64,000 bases of DNA from an uncultured delta proteobacterium (GCA_963727445.1 CAVSGI010000006.1:352001-416000); one strand, 5' to 3'. Numbered from the stretch's first letter, positions 42,510 to 53,282 are shown. Numbers and translations are program-made. Notes: generated by a model from the letters alone, not told the origin.

Positions 42510-43385
42510 ATGCGACGAGACCTCGACCGCATCGTCGACGCCGTGGCCCGGCGAGTGGAGCTCAAGCTCTTCGACGAGCTCCGCAATACACCCTGCACCG
42601 CGACGGCCGAGGAGTGCAACGGCGATGGCCTGTGCGCCGTTCGCCGGCCTCACGACGTGGCGGTGATCCGGGACGCGGGCGCCGCGCGGGTGGGCGCTTC
42701 GCCTGGCATCGGGCCGGTCCGCGAGGATCTGGCGTCGATGATCGACCATACCCTCCTCAAGCCGGAGGTCTCGCGGGAGGATCTGGCCAAGGTTTGTGAG
42801 GAGGCCCGCACCTATCGCTTCGCCAGCGTCTGCGTGAACTCGGCCAACGTGGCCTTCGTCAAGAAGATGCTCTCCGGCTCGGGCGTCATGACGGTGGCCG
42901 TGGTGGGCTTCCCGCTCGGCGCGGCCAGCAGCAGCGCCAAGGCCTACGAGACCAAGCAGGCGATCCGGGACGGCGCCGACGAGATCGACATGGTGATCAA
43001 CATCGGGGCGGTGAAGAGCCGCGATTGGGCGCTGGTCTTCGACGACATCCACGCGGTGGTGATGGCGGCGAGGAACCATCCAGTGAAGGTGATCCTCGAG
43101 ACCTCCAAGCTCGATCACGACGAGAAGGTCGTCGTCTGTGGCTTGTCGAAGGCGGCCGGCGCGGCCTTCGTCAAGACCTCCACCGGCTTCGGCGGCGGGG
43201 GAGCGACGGTCGACGACGTTCGTCTGATGCGGTCGATCGTCGGCTCCGACGTCGGCGTCAAGGCGTCGGGCGGCGTGCGCGACGCGAGCGGCGCAGAGGC
43301 GATGCTGGCGGCGGGCGCCACGCGTATCGGCGCCAGCGCCAGCGTGGCCATCGTGACCGGCGGAAAAGGCAAGTCGGGATACTGA
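42510..43385 (+). CDS. deoC: Deoxyribose-phosphate aldolase with ~70 aa N-terminal extension
   Basis: IDHTLLKP, VVGFPLGA, GADEIDMVINIG, VKVILET, FVKTSTGF, VKASGGVR, GATRIGAS. Confidence 0.95.
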   Translation: MRRDLDRIVDAVARRVELKLFDELRNTPCTATAEECNGDGLCAVRRPHDVAVIRDAGAARVGASPGIGPVREDLASMIDHTLLKPEVSREDLAKVCEEARTYRFASVCVNSANVAFVKKMLSGSGVMTVAVVGFPLGAASSSAKAYETKQAIRDGADEIDMVINIGAVKSRDWALVFDDIHAVVMAARNHPVKVILETSKLDHDEKVVVCGLSKAAGAAFVKTSTGFGGGGATVDDVRLMRSIVGSDVGVKASGGVRDASGAEAMLAAGATRIGASASVAIVTGGKGKSGY

Positions 43386-43388
43386 GTC

Positions 43389-44030
43389 ATGGCGGTCGTC
43401 GCGGTCACGGATGCTTCCTTCGAAGCCGAGGTGATGAGATCCGAGCTCCCGGTTCTCATCGATCTACACGCCGATTGGTGTCAGCCCTGCAAGCAGCTCT
43501 CGCCTCTGGTGGCGCAGCTCTCGGAGGAGCTGGCGGGCAAGCTCAAGGTCGTCAGCATCGACGTCGATCACAACCCGATGATCGCCCAGAGCTTCCGGGT
43601 GCAGAGCATCCCCATGCTGGTGGTGATCGCCAACGGGCAGGTCGCCGGCCATCACCTGGGCCTGCTCGACATGGCGGGCCTGCGAAAGCTGGTGGAGCCA
43701 GCGCTCCCTGCCGACGCCGCCGAGGTCACGCCCGCCGAGCTCGCCCAGCTCCTCGTGGCCAAGCGCGCGGTGCCGGTGGACATCCGCGATGCGTCGGCCT
43801 TCGGGCGCTATCGGATCCCCGGAGCCGTGAACGTGCCGGCGGCCGACGCCCCGAAGCGCGCCGCGGAGCTCGCCCCCACCGACGGACGCGTCCGCGTGCT
43901 CTACGCGCGAACGACCGACGAGGCGAAGGAGCTCGCGGAGGCGCTGCGGGGACAGGGCGTCGAGGTCGCCTACCTCGCAGGCGGCTTCCTTCATTGGGAG
44001 GCCGACGGGCTCGAAGTGGAGCGCGGGTGA
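43389..44030 (+). CDS. Thioredoxin-rhodanese-like fusion
   Basis: [17 protein letters not shown]; then [21 protein letters not shown]...YLAGGFLHW. Confidence 0.88.
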   Translation: MAVVAVTDASFEAEVMRSELPVLIDLHADWCQPCKQLSPLVAQLSEELAGKLKVVSIDVDHNPMIAQSFRVQSIPMLVVIANGQVAGHHLGLLDMAGLRKLVEPALPADAAEVTPAELAQLLVAKRAVPVDIRDASAFGRYRIPGAVNVPAADAPKRAAELAPTDGRVRVLYARTTDEAKELAEALRGQGVEVAYLAGGFLHWEADGLEVERG

Positions 44031-44482
44031 AGCGTCACCTGGGCCTGTTGTCACAAGAGGTGGTCGACCCCGGGCTCCTCTTGCCGGCGGCGGAGCGACG
44101 AGACACCGGTCGGCGGACCATCGGGGTCATCTCGGTGCTCCCCGCGGAGGCGTTCCTGGAGGTGCTTCAGGAGGCGCTCGTCGATGCGACGCTCCTCGTG
44201 GCCCCCGCGGGCGCGTCGGCCGAGGAGGTCGACGCGCTGATCGGCAACCCTCCAGAATCGGAGCAAGGGGGGGAGAGCCGCGTTCTGATCGCCTGTGGCG
44301 AGGCGGTGGTCGGGCGCTCGAAGGTCGACCTCTGCATCGCGATCGACGGCGGGCGCCATCGGGTCGACCTGCCGCCTGCCTTTCGCACGCTCCGCGACGA
44401 AGCGGAGCTGATCCTCTCCGAGCCGCGCCTCGGAACGGCGCGCGCGCTCGCTGCGCTTCTCGAGAGGGCCGACGCGCGGTGA
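44027..44482 (+). CDS. Hypothetical protein
   Basis: GTGA overlaps with both neighbours; coding-like C-terminal part of ORF 43025..44482. Confidence 0.6.
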   Translation: MKRHLGLLSQEVVDPGLLLPAAERRDTGRRTIGVISVLPAEAFLEVLQEALVDATLLVAPAGASAEEVDALIGNPPESEQGGESRVLIACGEAVVGRSKVDLCIAIDGGRHRVDLPPAFRTLRDEAELILSEPRLGTARALAALLERADAR

Positions 44483-46542
44483 CCAATCGCCTCGCCCGCG
44501 AGCCCTCGCCCTACCTCGCACAGCACGGGGAAAACCCGGTCGATTGGTACCCCTGGGGACCCGAAGCGCTGACGCGCGCGAAGGACGAGGATCGCCCGAT
44601 CCTCTTGTCCATCGGCTACAGCGCCTGCCACTGGTGCCACGTGATGGAGCGCGAGTCCTTCGAGGACGCCCAGACCGCGGCGCTGATGAACCGCCTCTTC
44701 GTCAACGTGAAGGTGGACCGCGAAGAGCGGCCGGATCTGGACCAGATCTATCAGACGACGGTTCAGATCATGGGTCGCGGTGGCGGTTGGCCGCTGACCG
44801 TCTTTCTCACGCCCTCGCTTCGCCCCTTCTACGCCGGGACGTATTTCCCGCCCGCACCGCGACATGGGATGCCGTCGTTTCAGACGGTGCTCGGGGCGGT
44901 GGCCGACGCCTACGAAAACCGCCGCGCCGAGATCGAAGAGAGCGCGGCCGAGCTGACCCGGGTCATCGGCGAGGTCACGGCCGGCGCGCGCGACGCAGCG
45001 GACGTGCCGCCGGACCTTCTGGCGGAAGCCTCGCGGGTGCTCGCGGCCCGGAGCGACGAGACGCACGGCGGATTCGGTTCGGCTCCCAAGTTCCCGAACA
45101 GCCTCTGCCTCGACGTGCTGCTTCGCGCGCACCATGCGGGCGTGAGCTCCACCGCGCTCAGCGTGGTGACGAAAGCCCTAGACGCGATGCGCGCCGGCGG
45201 CGTCTACGATCAGATCGGCTGGGGCTTTCATCGCTACTCCACCGACGCCCGCTGGCGAGTGCCCCACTTCGAAAAGATGCTCTACGACAACGCCCTGTTG
45301 GCGGTGACCTACGTCGACGCCTTCCTCGTGACGGGCGAGGCGCGCTACGCCGAGACCGCGCGCGAGACCCTCGCCTGGGCGATGCGCGAGATGCGGGATC
45401 CGGCCGGGGGCTTCTACGCCGCTCGCGACGCCGACAGCGAGGGCGAGGAGGGGCGCTACTTCGTCTGGACACCCGAAGAGCTCGAGACCGTGCTGGGCGC
45501 CGAGCTCGCGGAGGTCGCGAAGATCCATTGGGGGGTCGCGCCTGGCGGTAACTTCGAAGGCGGCGCCACCGTCCTGTACCGCAATCGCGAGGTCGACGTG
45601 GTCGCGCGCCAGGTGAAAAAGGGCGCGGCGGAGACGAAAGAGGCGCTCGAAGAGGCGCGGCAGAAGCTCCTGAGAGCGCGGAGCGAGAGGGTGGCGCCGG
45701 CGCTGGACGACAAGGTCATCGCCGGCTGGAACGGGTTGATGATCGCCGCGCTCGCGCGCGCGGGTGCGGTCCTCGACGACGAGGCATTGACCTCCGCCGC
45801 ACGCGAAGCGCTCGACTTCGCAAAGCGCGCGCTCTTCGCGGAGGGTGAGCTCCTGCGCATCTACACGTCCCGCGGACGTGAGGACGACGAGGGCGAGGCG
45901 CGCATCGGGGCGTTCCTCGAGGACTACGGCGCCCTGGCAGACGCGGCCATCGACGTCCACCAGGCGACCTTCGATCCGCGCGCTCTCGATTTCGCGGATT
46001 CGCTCGTCCGCGCGGCGCTCGCGCGCTTCTGGGACGCCGAGGCGGGCGCCTTCCACTTCGCGGAGGCGAGCGACGAGCTGGTCGTCCGCGCCCACGACGT
46101 CTACGACGGCGCGACCCCTTCCGGCACCTCCACCCTCTGCAGCGCGCTCTTGCGTCTCGCCGCCCTTACGGGCGAGGCGGCCCACGCGGAGGTCGCCGAG
46201 CGCGCGCTCCGCGCCCTCGCGGGTCCGGTCGCGAAGAACCCCTTCGCCTTCGGTCACGCGATCTGCGCGATGGACCTCTACCTCCGCGGCGCGACCACCG
46301 TGGTGATCGTCGGCCGCGGCGACGACCCGAAAGTGGGCGAGCTCCTGAGCGCCGCGCGAAGCGTCTTCGACCCGAACCTCCTCGTGGCCCGCGCCCAGCC
46401 CGGCGACGAGGAGAGCCACGCCGCGCGCCTCCTGGGCGACGGCGCGACGCGGGAGGACGCGGCGGCCTTCGTCTGTAAGAACCGCACCTGCGGTCTGCCA
46501 CTCACGGACGCGGACGCGCTCCGCGAAGCTCTCGCGAGTTGA
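44479..46542 (+). CDS. YyaL/SSP411 family thioredoxin-domain (DUF255) protein
   Basis: [59 protein letters not shown]. Confidence 0.95.
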   Translation: MTNRLAREPSPYLAQHGENPVDWYPWGPEALTRAKDEDRPILLSIGYSACHWCHVMERESFEDAQTAALMNRLFVNVKVDREERPDLDQIYQTTVQIMGRGGGWPLTVFLTPSLRPFYAGTYFPPAPRHGMPSFQTVLGAVADAYENRRAEIEESAAELTRVIGEVTAGARDAADVPPDLLAEASRVLAARSDETHGGFGSAPKFPNSLCLDVLLRAHHAGVSSTALSVVTKALDAMRAGGVYDQIGWGFHRYSTDARWRVPHFEKMLYDNALLAVTYVDAFLVTGEARYAETARETLAWAMREMRDPAGGFYAARDADSEGEEGRYFVWTPEELETVLGAELAEVAKIHWGVAPGGNFEGGATVLYRNREVDVVARQVKKGAAETKEALEEARQKLLRARSERVAPALDDKVIAGWNGLMIAALARAGAVLDDEALTSAAREALDFAKRALFAEGELLRIYTSRGREDDEGEARIGAFLEDYGALADAAIDVHQATFDPRALDFADSLVRAALARFWDAEAGAFHFAEASDELVVRAHDVYDGATPSGTSTLCSALLRLAALTGEAAHAEVAERALRALAGPVAKNPFAFGHAICAMDLYLRGATTVVIVGRGDDPKVGELLSAARSVFDPNLLVARAQPGDEESHAARLLGDGATREDAAAFVCKNRTCGLPLTDADALREALAS

Positions 46543-46545
46543 GCC

Positions 46546-47694
46546 TCAATGCGGGAGGCGGCCCTCGTCGTCGAGCTGCATGTTCCAGTGAAGGCGGTCG
46601 CGGAGGTTCGGCGTGACCACCACTTCGAAGTCGGAGGTGACGATCACCGCGCCGGTCTCGCCGGGAACGCGGTCGAGCATCTCGATGCACTTCTCGGCGC
46701 CGAGAACGAAGCAGGCGGTGGAGAGCGCGTCACCGTAGACGCCGCTCGGCGCGATCACCGTGACCGAGAGGGTGTGCTCGACCGGCAGCCCGGTGCTGGT
46801 GTCGAGGATGTGGTGCCAGCGCTTGCCTTCCTCGTCGATGAAGAAGTGCTCGTAGTCACCCGAGGTGGAGATGGTGCCTTCGGTGGCCTCGAGGAAGGCG
46901 AAGTAGTCGTCGCGCCGCGGGTGCTGGATGCCCACGCGCCAGGGGCGGTCTCCGCGCATGCCGTGCACCTGCACCTGTCCGCCTCCGAAGAGCATGAAGC
47001 TCTCCATCCCGCGCTCCCTCAGGATGTCCGCTGCGCGATCGAGGGAGTAGCCCTTGCCGATCCCGCCGGTGCCGATCTCCATGCCCTCCATGCCGAGGCG
47101 GACGGTGTAGTTCTCCTCGTCGAGCTCGATGCGGTGATAGTCGATGAGACGCAGCCGCGGCGTGACCTCGCTGCGCTCGGGGATGTGCTTCGACTCCGGT
47201 CGGAAGTCGTAGAGCCCTCGGAGGGCAGCCCAGGACAGGTCGAAGGCACCGTTCGACCAATCGCCGACCTGTACGCCCGCCTTCACCACCCGGAAGGTGT
47301 CGGGGCTGACTCGAACGGGCTCGCCACCGGCGCTGTCGTTGATACGGGAGATCTCGCTGTCCTCGCGCCACTCCGAGAGCACGACCTCGAGCCGTTCAAT
47401 CTCGTCGAGGGCCGCTTCGACCGCGGGTGCGGCCGTGGAGTCCGGCTCGCCCGCGACGGTGATCTGGAAGATGGTGCCCATCATCGGGCGGCTCGCCTTG
47501 TAGAGGCGGACGTCGTTCGGATCGTGGGGCGCGGTCTCCTCGGGAGGCGCTGTCGGGACCACCTCGGAGAGCCCGTCCTCTACCGGGCGCTCGTCCTGGC
47601 AGTCCTGGCAGGCGCTCGCCGCGAGGGCCGCGGCGGTGGCCAGCACCACCGAGAGCGAGATGCGACGGATGCGGGAGGCCGCGCGGCGCTTCAC
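46546..47694 (-). CDS. apbE: FAD:protein FMN transferase ApbE (lipoprotein)
   Basis: MGT, DSEISRIN, GGIGKGYSLD, WRVGIQHPR, STSGDYE, HHILD, DALSTACFVLG. Confidence 0.93.
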   Translation of the reverse strand: MKRRAASRIRRISLSVVLATAAALAASACQDCQDERPVEDGLSEVVPTAPPEETAPHDPNDVRLYKASRPMMGTIFQITVAGEPDSTAAPAVEAALDEIERLEVVLSEWREDSEISRINDSAGGEPVRVSPDTFRVVKAGVQVGDWSNGAFDLSWAALRGLYDFRPESKHIPERSEVTPRLRLIDYHRIELDEENYTVRLGMEGMEIGTGGIGKGYSLDRAADILRERGMESFMLFGGGQVQVHGMRGDRPWRVGIQHPRRDDYFAFLEATEGTISTSGDYEHFFIDEEGKRWHHILDTSTGLPVEHTLSVTVIAPSGVYGDALSTACFVLGAEKCIEMLDRVPGETGAVIVTSDFEVVVTPNLRDRLHWNMQLDDEGRLPH

Positions 47695-48353
47695 GGGAAT
47701 CGGACCTGGAAGCCGCCGGTGAGATCGATCGTGACCGCGAAGGCGCGGAGGAAGGCGAGGGAGACGCCCAGCTGCGTGTAGATCCCGATGTAACGCAGGA
47801 AGTCGTATTGCAGTCCGAACTCACCGCGGAGGCCGAAGTCGACGTTGGTCCAACCCGCGATGTTGCTCGAGGTGAGGTCGAGGATGACCCGCGCGCCGAA
47901 GAAGACGGAGAAGGCATCGAAGGGGCTGTTGTAGCCGCGGATCCCGAGCCCGAGCAGGACGGGGTGGCTGCTGGTGACGTCGTCCTCGGTCAGACCGAAG
48001 CGGGTCAGAAAGCTCACCTCCGCCCCGTCGGTGATGCCGAAGCTCAGCTCGACGTCCATGAGCGGCGTGCCGAAGCCGCGGCAGAAGGTCTCTCCCGGGT
48101 TGGTGCTGCACACCGGGCCGTCGCCGTACTTCACGGCAAAGATGAAGGGCATGCCCGCGCCCACGCGAAGGCCCACCTGATACTTGTGGCTGAGCTCCGC
48201 GGTGCCGTCCACGTCCGTGCCCGGGGCCTCTTCCTCCGCCGATGGGTGGGGCGCCGGGTTGGGGTCGCTCGGCGTCGCGTCCTGGGCACGAGCGATGCCG
48301 GCCATGGACGACCAGGCGAGCATCGCGAGGAGGAGGATTCTTCGAGGTGTCAT
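47691..48353 (-). CDS. Probable small outer-membrane beta-barrel protein
   Basis: Signal peptide; alternating hydrophobic beta-strands; C-terminal GGFQVRFP; overlaps the apbE start. Confidence 0.7.
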   Translation of the reverse strand: MTPRRILLLAMLAWSSMAGIARAQDATPSDPNPAPHPSAEEEAPGTDVDGTAELSHKYQVGLRVGAGMPFIFAVKYGDGPVCSTNPGETFCRGFGTPLMDVELSFGITDGAEVSFLTRFGLTEDDVTSSHPVLLGLGIRGYNSPFDAFSVFFGARVILDLTSSNIAGWTNVDFGLRGEFGLQYDFLRYIGIYTQLGVSLAFLRAFAVTIDLTGGFQVRFP

Positions 48354-48396
48354 CTCACATCCCAAGCCCGCGAACCTGCTAGGCTGAAGCGCCGCG

Positions 48397-49181
48397 ATGC
48401 TATCGGACCACTCGGAGCGGGACAAGATCACCCGGGTCGCCTTCACCCTCGCGGCGGCCCTGATCCTGAGCGCGCTCTGTCCAATCGGCGCCGAGGCGCT
48501 CGGGGAAACCACCCTCTTCGACGTGCGGCAGGTCGTCTACGGCCCCGCGTCCCGGCCGCGCGAGACGGCGGCGCGTCGCCTCTCCTGGGAGGTGCGCAAG
48601 CGCACCAGCATCGAGACGCGCCTCAGGCCCACCGAGGCGCGCCTCGACGATCCTTCGATCTTCGAGACGCCCTTTCTCTACTGGGCGGGGGACGCGGAGT
48701 TCGAGCCGCTGTCGCGTCGCGGAGATCACGGGCCTGCGGCGTTTCGTCGAGTTCGGCGGCTTCGTCCTCATCGACGACGCCTCCCCCGAGGGCAGCGGCT
48801 TCGACAGCTCCGTGCGCCGCGCGCTCTCCCGCGCGTTCCCGGATTCGCCGCCGACGCCCCTGTCCAGCAGCCACACCATCTACCGTTCTTTCTACCTGCT
48901 CGATCGTCCCGTGGGCCGGGTGCGGGGACCGGCGGCCAGCTCGCGCCATCGAGCACGGCGGCCGGGAGGCGGTGGTCTACAGCCGCCACGATCTCGGCGG
49001 CGCGTGGGCGCGCGACAACCTCGGCACCTGGGAGCACGCGGTGACGCCCGGCGGCGAGCAGCAGCGCGAGAGCGCCATCCGGCTCGGCGTGAACATCGTG
49101 ATGTACGCGCTCTGCCTCGACTACAAGGACGATCAGGTCCACGCGCCGTTCATCATGCGGCGTCGCGGCCCGGTGCCCTGA
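48397..49181 (+). CDS. DUF4159 domain protein (frameshifts near 48717 and 48940)
   Basis: IFETPFLYWAG | LRRFVEFGGFVLIDDA...HTIYRSFYLL | VVYSRHDLGGAW...AIRLGVNIVMYALCLDYKDDQVH across three frames. Confidence 0.8.
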
Positions 49182-49203
49182 GCGCTGTCGGTCACGCATT
49201 CTG

Positions 49204-51441
49204 ATGGAGACCTACCGCTTCGATCTCGCCGTCCCCGGCGGGGTGATCACCGCCGTGGTGCTCGGCGCCCTGCTGCGCGGCGGTGGTGGCGGTCGGGCTG
49301 ATCGAGCTTCGCCGCGATGGCCGCAGGAAGCGCGCGCTGATCCTCGGCGGCCTCCGGCTCGCGACTGCGCTCCTCGCCTTCGGTGTGGCGGTGCAACCCA
49401 CCTGGACGGGGGAGCGCTTCGCCCAGGAAGACGGGCGGCTCGCGGTGCTGGTGGACGCCTCGCGGAGCATGTCGGTGGTCGTCGACGACGAATCGCGGGC
49501 CGCGCAGGTTCAGGCGCTCTTGCGACGCTGGCAGGACGCGTTTGGGGCCGAGAGCGCGACGGTCTATCGCTTCGGCAAGGAGGCGCACCTCGACAGCCTC
49601 GAGGGCCTCGCCGAGTCGCTCGCGCCCACCGAGGACGAGACGGAGATCGCCCCGTCGCTGCGCCAGCTCCTCGGGGGGGACGAGGGCACGCGACCTCGGC
49701 GCGGTGATCGTCGTATCGGACGGAGCGGATACGCCGACGGAGGAGGATCCCGCTTACCTCGCGCGCACGCGGTGCGCGCATCCACACCGTGGCGGTCGGG
49801 GCGGACGAGGACCTCGTGGATGACGCCATCGCGACGGTGCAGGCGGACGAGATCGGGTTCTTGCGCCAGTCGGCGCGGGTGCGCGTGGTGGTGCGCACGA
49901 ACCGCGGTGAAGGTGTGGAGATCCCCGTGGCGCTCTCCCTCGGCGAAGAGGTCGTGCGCCAGGCCGTGGCGCGAAGCGACGCGCACGGCGAGGCGGTGGC
50001 GGAGATCGCCTTCACGCCGAACGAGCTCGGTCGCGGTGTCTATCGGCTGACGATCCCTCTCGCGCCTGGGGACGTCATCCCCGAGAACAACGAGCGGGTC
50101 TTTCTGGTGCGCGTCACCCGCGACAAGCTCCGCGTTCTGCTGGTCGCCGGCCGCCCCAGCTGGGACGAGCGCTTCCTTCGCTCGTTCCTCAAGCGCGATC
50201 CGGCCATCGATCTCATCTCCTTCTTCATCTTGCGGACGGGCGCCGACCTCACCATGGCCGCGCCCGACGAGCTCGCGCTGATCCCCTTTCCCACCGACGA
50301 GCTCTTCAGCGAGCACCTCGGCAGCTTCGACCTGGTCTTCTTCCAGAACTTCGAGTTCGGCCCCTATCAGATGGCGGGCTACCTTCCGCGGATCCGCGAC
50401 TACGTCATGCGCGGCGGGGGGTTCGCGATGATCGGCGGCGACCTCTCCTTCGGCTCCGGCGGCTACGCCGAGACGCCGCTCAGCGAGATCCTTCCGGTGC
50501 AGATGCCGCCGGCGGGGACGCCCGAGACGCGCGCCATCGTGACCGGCCGCTTTTCGCCGATGCTCTCCCCGGAGCTGTCGCGTCATCCGCTGCTGTCGCT
50601 GTTGCCGGACCCGCCCGCGAACGCCGAGGCCTGGGCGCGCCTCGCGCCCCTCGAAGGTGCGAACGCGATCACCGGCCTCGCCCGCGACGGCCAGGCGCTC
50701 CTCTTCCACCCGGAGCGGAGGCTGCCGGGCGGTGAGCGGATGCCGCTCCTCGCGGTGGGGACCGCGGGCCGGGGCCGCACCCTCGCCTTCGGCACCGACA
50801 CCAGTTACCGCTGGGGCATCTCCACGGGCGGCGCCACCGGCGACGCCTCGGCCTACGAGCGCTTCTGGGATCGGGCGATCCGCTGGCTCACCAAGGACCC
50901 GACCCTCGAGCCCGCCCAGATCACCACCGATCGGCCGCGCTACGGCGTGGGCGCCGACGTCCGCGTGACGGCGGTGCTCCGCGACGCGCGCTACGAGCCG
51001 CTCGCCGGGCGCACGGTGCGTCTGGCCCTGGTCTCGGCCGACGGGAGCGAGGTGGAGGGGCAGGAGGTCGTCACCGACGCGAACGGCGCCGCCGAGGTCA
51101 CCCTCGACGGGCCGGAGCTTCCGGGGGGCTACCGCGCGGTGGCGCGCCTCGCCGACGAGGTGACGCCGCTGGCGGAAGAGGGGTTCGTGGTCGAGTCCGG
51201 GGGAGACGAGCTCGCGCGACCCGCGGCGCGGCCCGAGGTGCTCGCGGAGCTCTCGGAGCGCACGCGCGGGAGCGCGTATCGGATCGAGGACGCCCCCGCC
51301 CTCGATCGCTTCGACACCACGCGCACGCGATCGCTCGGGACCGAGTCCCTGGCGCCGCTGTCGAGCTTTTGGGCATTCCTCGCCCTGGTCCTGCTCTTCG
51401 GCGCGGAGTGGATCCTGCGGCGCGCCTGGGGCCGACGCTGA
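49204..51441 (+). CDS. Membrane protein with vWA-like, Ig-like and glutamine-amidotransferase-like (DUF1355-type) domains (three frameshifts, ~49275-49775)
   Basis: LAVLVDASRSM | AVIVVSDGAD | IHTVAVG...LRVLLVAGRPSWDERFLR, GGGFAMIGGDLSF, YERFW; C-terminal TM ending AEWILRRAWG. Confidence 0.8.
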
Positions 51442-51460
51442 GTTGCGCTATATTGTCGGT

Positions 51461-52204
51461 ATGTCCTCGCTTCGTTTCTCCTTCGCCCTCGCGGTCGTCG
51501 TCCTGATCGCCACCGGCTGCGAGGAGAAGATGCACGCCCCCCCGGTGCCCCCGAGCGACGGGTCGACGCGGGACGTGTCGATCTCGCCGCCCCCGCCGAC
51601 GCGGAGGGACAGCGGGATGGACGGGGCGGCGATGGACGGCTCGGCGGATGCGTCGTTGGACGCGGACCTGGATGCCGACTTGGATGCCGACGCGGCGCTG
51701 CCGCTCGGCTGCTTCGCGGCGGGCGCGGCGACCGGCACCGACGCGACGATCATGAGCGGGGGCACGGACTTCCCCTTCGCGGTGACGCGCAGCTTCGCGA
51801 CCTGGGACCCGCTGTTCTGCGACACCACACCGCACAAGATCGTCGTCGGTCTGACCGAGGGCTCGTGCACCCCCGTCTCCGGTGACCAGCAGCTCGTGTT
51901 CTCGCTCGAGGAAGATGCCATCGGGACGACGCTCAACCTCGGCCCCAACTCGCTCCAGGAAGAGCCCACCTCGCTCGGGCTCACCGTTCGCTTCCGCGCG
52001 AGCGGAGAGGTGTGGGGCACGTGCCCCGGCTCGTCGGGGACCGTCACCTTCGACGCGATCACTGCCCTCGTAGGCGAGCGGCTCACGGCCCGCTACGACA
52101 TGATCCTGACCGATTGCACCTCGCCCACCGATTCACCCTCTCTGATGGTGACCGGCACCTTCGACGTTCCCCTCGACATCTCCTTCGAAACCGCGTGTCT
52201 CTGA
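51461..52204 (+). CDS. Hypothetical lipoprotein
   Basis: Lipobox IATGC; DA-rich myxobacterial-type linker; beta-rich Cys-containing domain. Confidence 0.75.
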   Translation: MSSLRFSFALAVVVLIATGCEEKMHAPPVPPSDGSTRDVSISPPPPTRRDSGMDGAAMDGSADASLDADLDADLDADAALPLGCFAAGAATGTDATIMSGGTDFPFAVTRSFATWDPLFCDTTPHKIVVGLTEGSCTPVSGDQQLVFSLEEDAIGTTLNLGPNSLQEEPTSLGLTVRFRASGEVWGTCPGSSGTVTFDAITALVGERLTARYDMILTDCTSPTDSPSLMVTGTFDVPLDISFETACL

Positions 52205-52205
52205 C

Positions 52206-52787
52206 ATGTTCCGACCGATCGCTCTCGCTGCCGCGCTCGCACTGATGGCTCTCGCCTGCGGCCGCACCCGCACGCCCCCACCGCACCCGCCCGCGGACGC
52301 TTCGTCCGATGCGGCGGACGGCGGCGGTGACGCCGACGCGGCGACCGAGTGCGCACCCCTCGGTCCGGCCGCCTGCCTCGCCGCGGGCTGCATCCCCACC
52401 TACGACGACACTTGCTGTCCGGCCTGTACGCCGATCGGCGCGTGTGCGGATTGCACCAACCCGGACTTCTTCATCTGCCGCACGATGGAGGACGCGTGCA
52501 CCGGGAGCTTCTGCAGCGTCCCCGCGGCCGGCACGTGTGACGCGCCCTCCGTGGATTGCACGAGCACCATGCCCTTCGACGAGGACTCGTGCTCGCTCCC
52601 CGGCTGCGTGCCCGTGGTCGCGGCGGTGGGAGACCCGGAGCTCCCGCCGACTTGCGTGGCCATCAGCGCCGAAAGCTGCACGGTCTCGTGTCGCAGCCTG
52701 CCGCCGGAGTGCCCGGACGGAACCACCGCCGAGGGCGACGGCAGCTGCTGGACCGGCCAGTGCATTCCGGCGTCTGTTTGTAGCTGA
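52206..52787 (+). CDS. Cys-rich lipoprotein
   Basis: Lipobox ALAC; about 20 Cys in ~150 aa. Confidence 0.8.
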   Translation: MFRPIALAAALALMALACGRTRTPPPHPPADASSDAADGGGDADAATECAPLGPAACLAAGCIPTYDDTCCPACTPIGACADCTNPDFFICRTMEDACTGSFCSVPAAGTCDAPSVDCTSTMPFDEDSCSLPGCVPVVAAVGDPELPPTCVAISAESCTVSCRSLPPECPDGTTAEGDGSCWTGQCIPASVCS

Positions 52788-52816
52788 CGCGCCCCGGGGG
52801 GTGAACGGGGGAGGAG

Positions 52817-52958
52817 GCATCGGGCGGCGCCCGATGCTGGGGAACGGGAGCGGGAACGGGAACGGGCACGTGGCTGTAGCCGTGCATGGCGGAGCGGACG
52901 GCAGTCCGCGGAGCTGCACGGGTACAGGCTCGTCGACGCATCGGGCGCAGCCCGATGC
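52817..52958. repeat. Two copies of a 21-bp REP-like palindrome
   Basis: GCATCGGGC-GGC-GCCCGATGC (52817-52837) and GCATCGGGC-GCA-GCCCGATGC (52938-52958). Confidence 0.85.
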
Positions 52959-52963
52959 TAGTC

Positions 52964-53188
52964 AACGGGAGCGTGAACGGGAGCGGGAGGGGGAACGGGA
53001 ACGGGAGCGTGAACGTGAACGGGAACGTGAACGTGAACGGGAGCGGGAACGGGAACGGGAGCGGGAACGGGAGCGTGAGCGTGAACGGGAGCGTGAACGT
53101 GAATGGGAACGTGAACGTGAACGTGAACGGGAGGGGGAACGGGAACGGGAGCGGGAACGGGAACGTGAACGGGAGCGGGGATGGGAGT
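52964..53188 (+). repeat. Hexamer simple-sequence tract G(G/T)GA(A/G)C, ~37 units (plus a short patch at 52840-52870)
   Basis: Mixed GGGAAC/GGGAGC/GTGAAC/GTGAGC units read directly. Confidence 0.95.
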
Positions 53189-53213
53189 GCGCGGCTCGGT
53201 GGGTCGTCTGATC

Positions 53214-53282
53214 GTGTTTCTTGGTCATCGCTGAGACCCCTTCTGGGTTGGGAAAGGGGTCTCAGCGATGACCAAGAAACAC
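53214..53282 (+). promoter_or_regulatory. Perfect 29-bp inverted repeat covering the RBS and start codon of four-helix-bundle gene 1
   Basis: GTGTTTCTTGGTCATCGCTGAGACCCCTT (53214-53242), 11-nt loop, AAGGGGTCTCAGCGATGACCAAGAAACAC (53254-53282). Confidence 0.85.
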
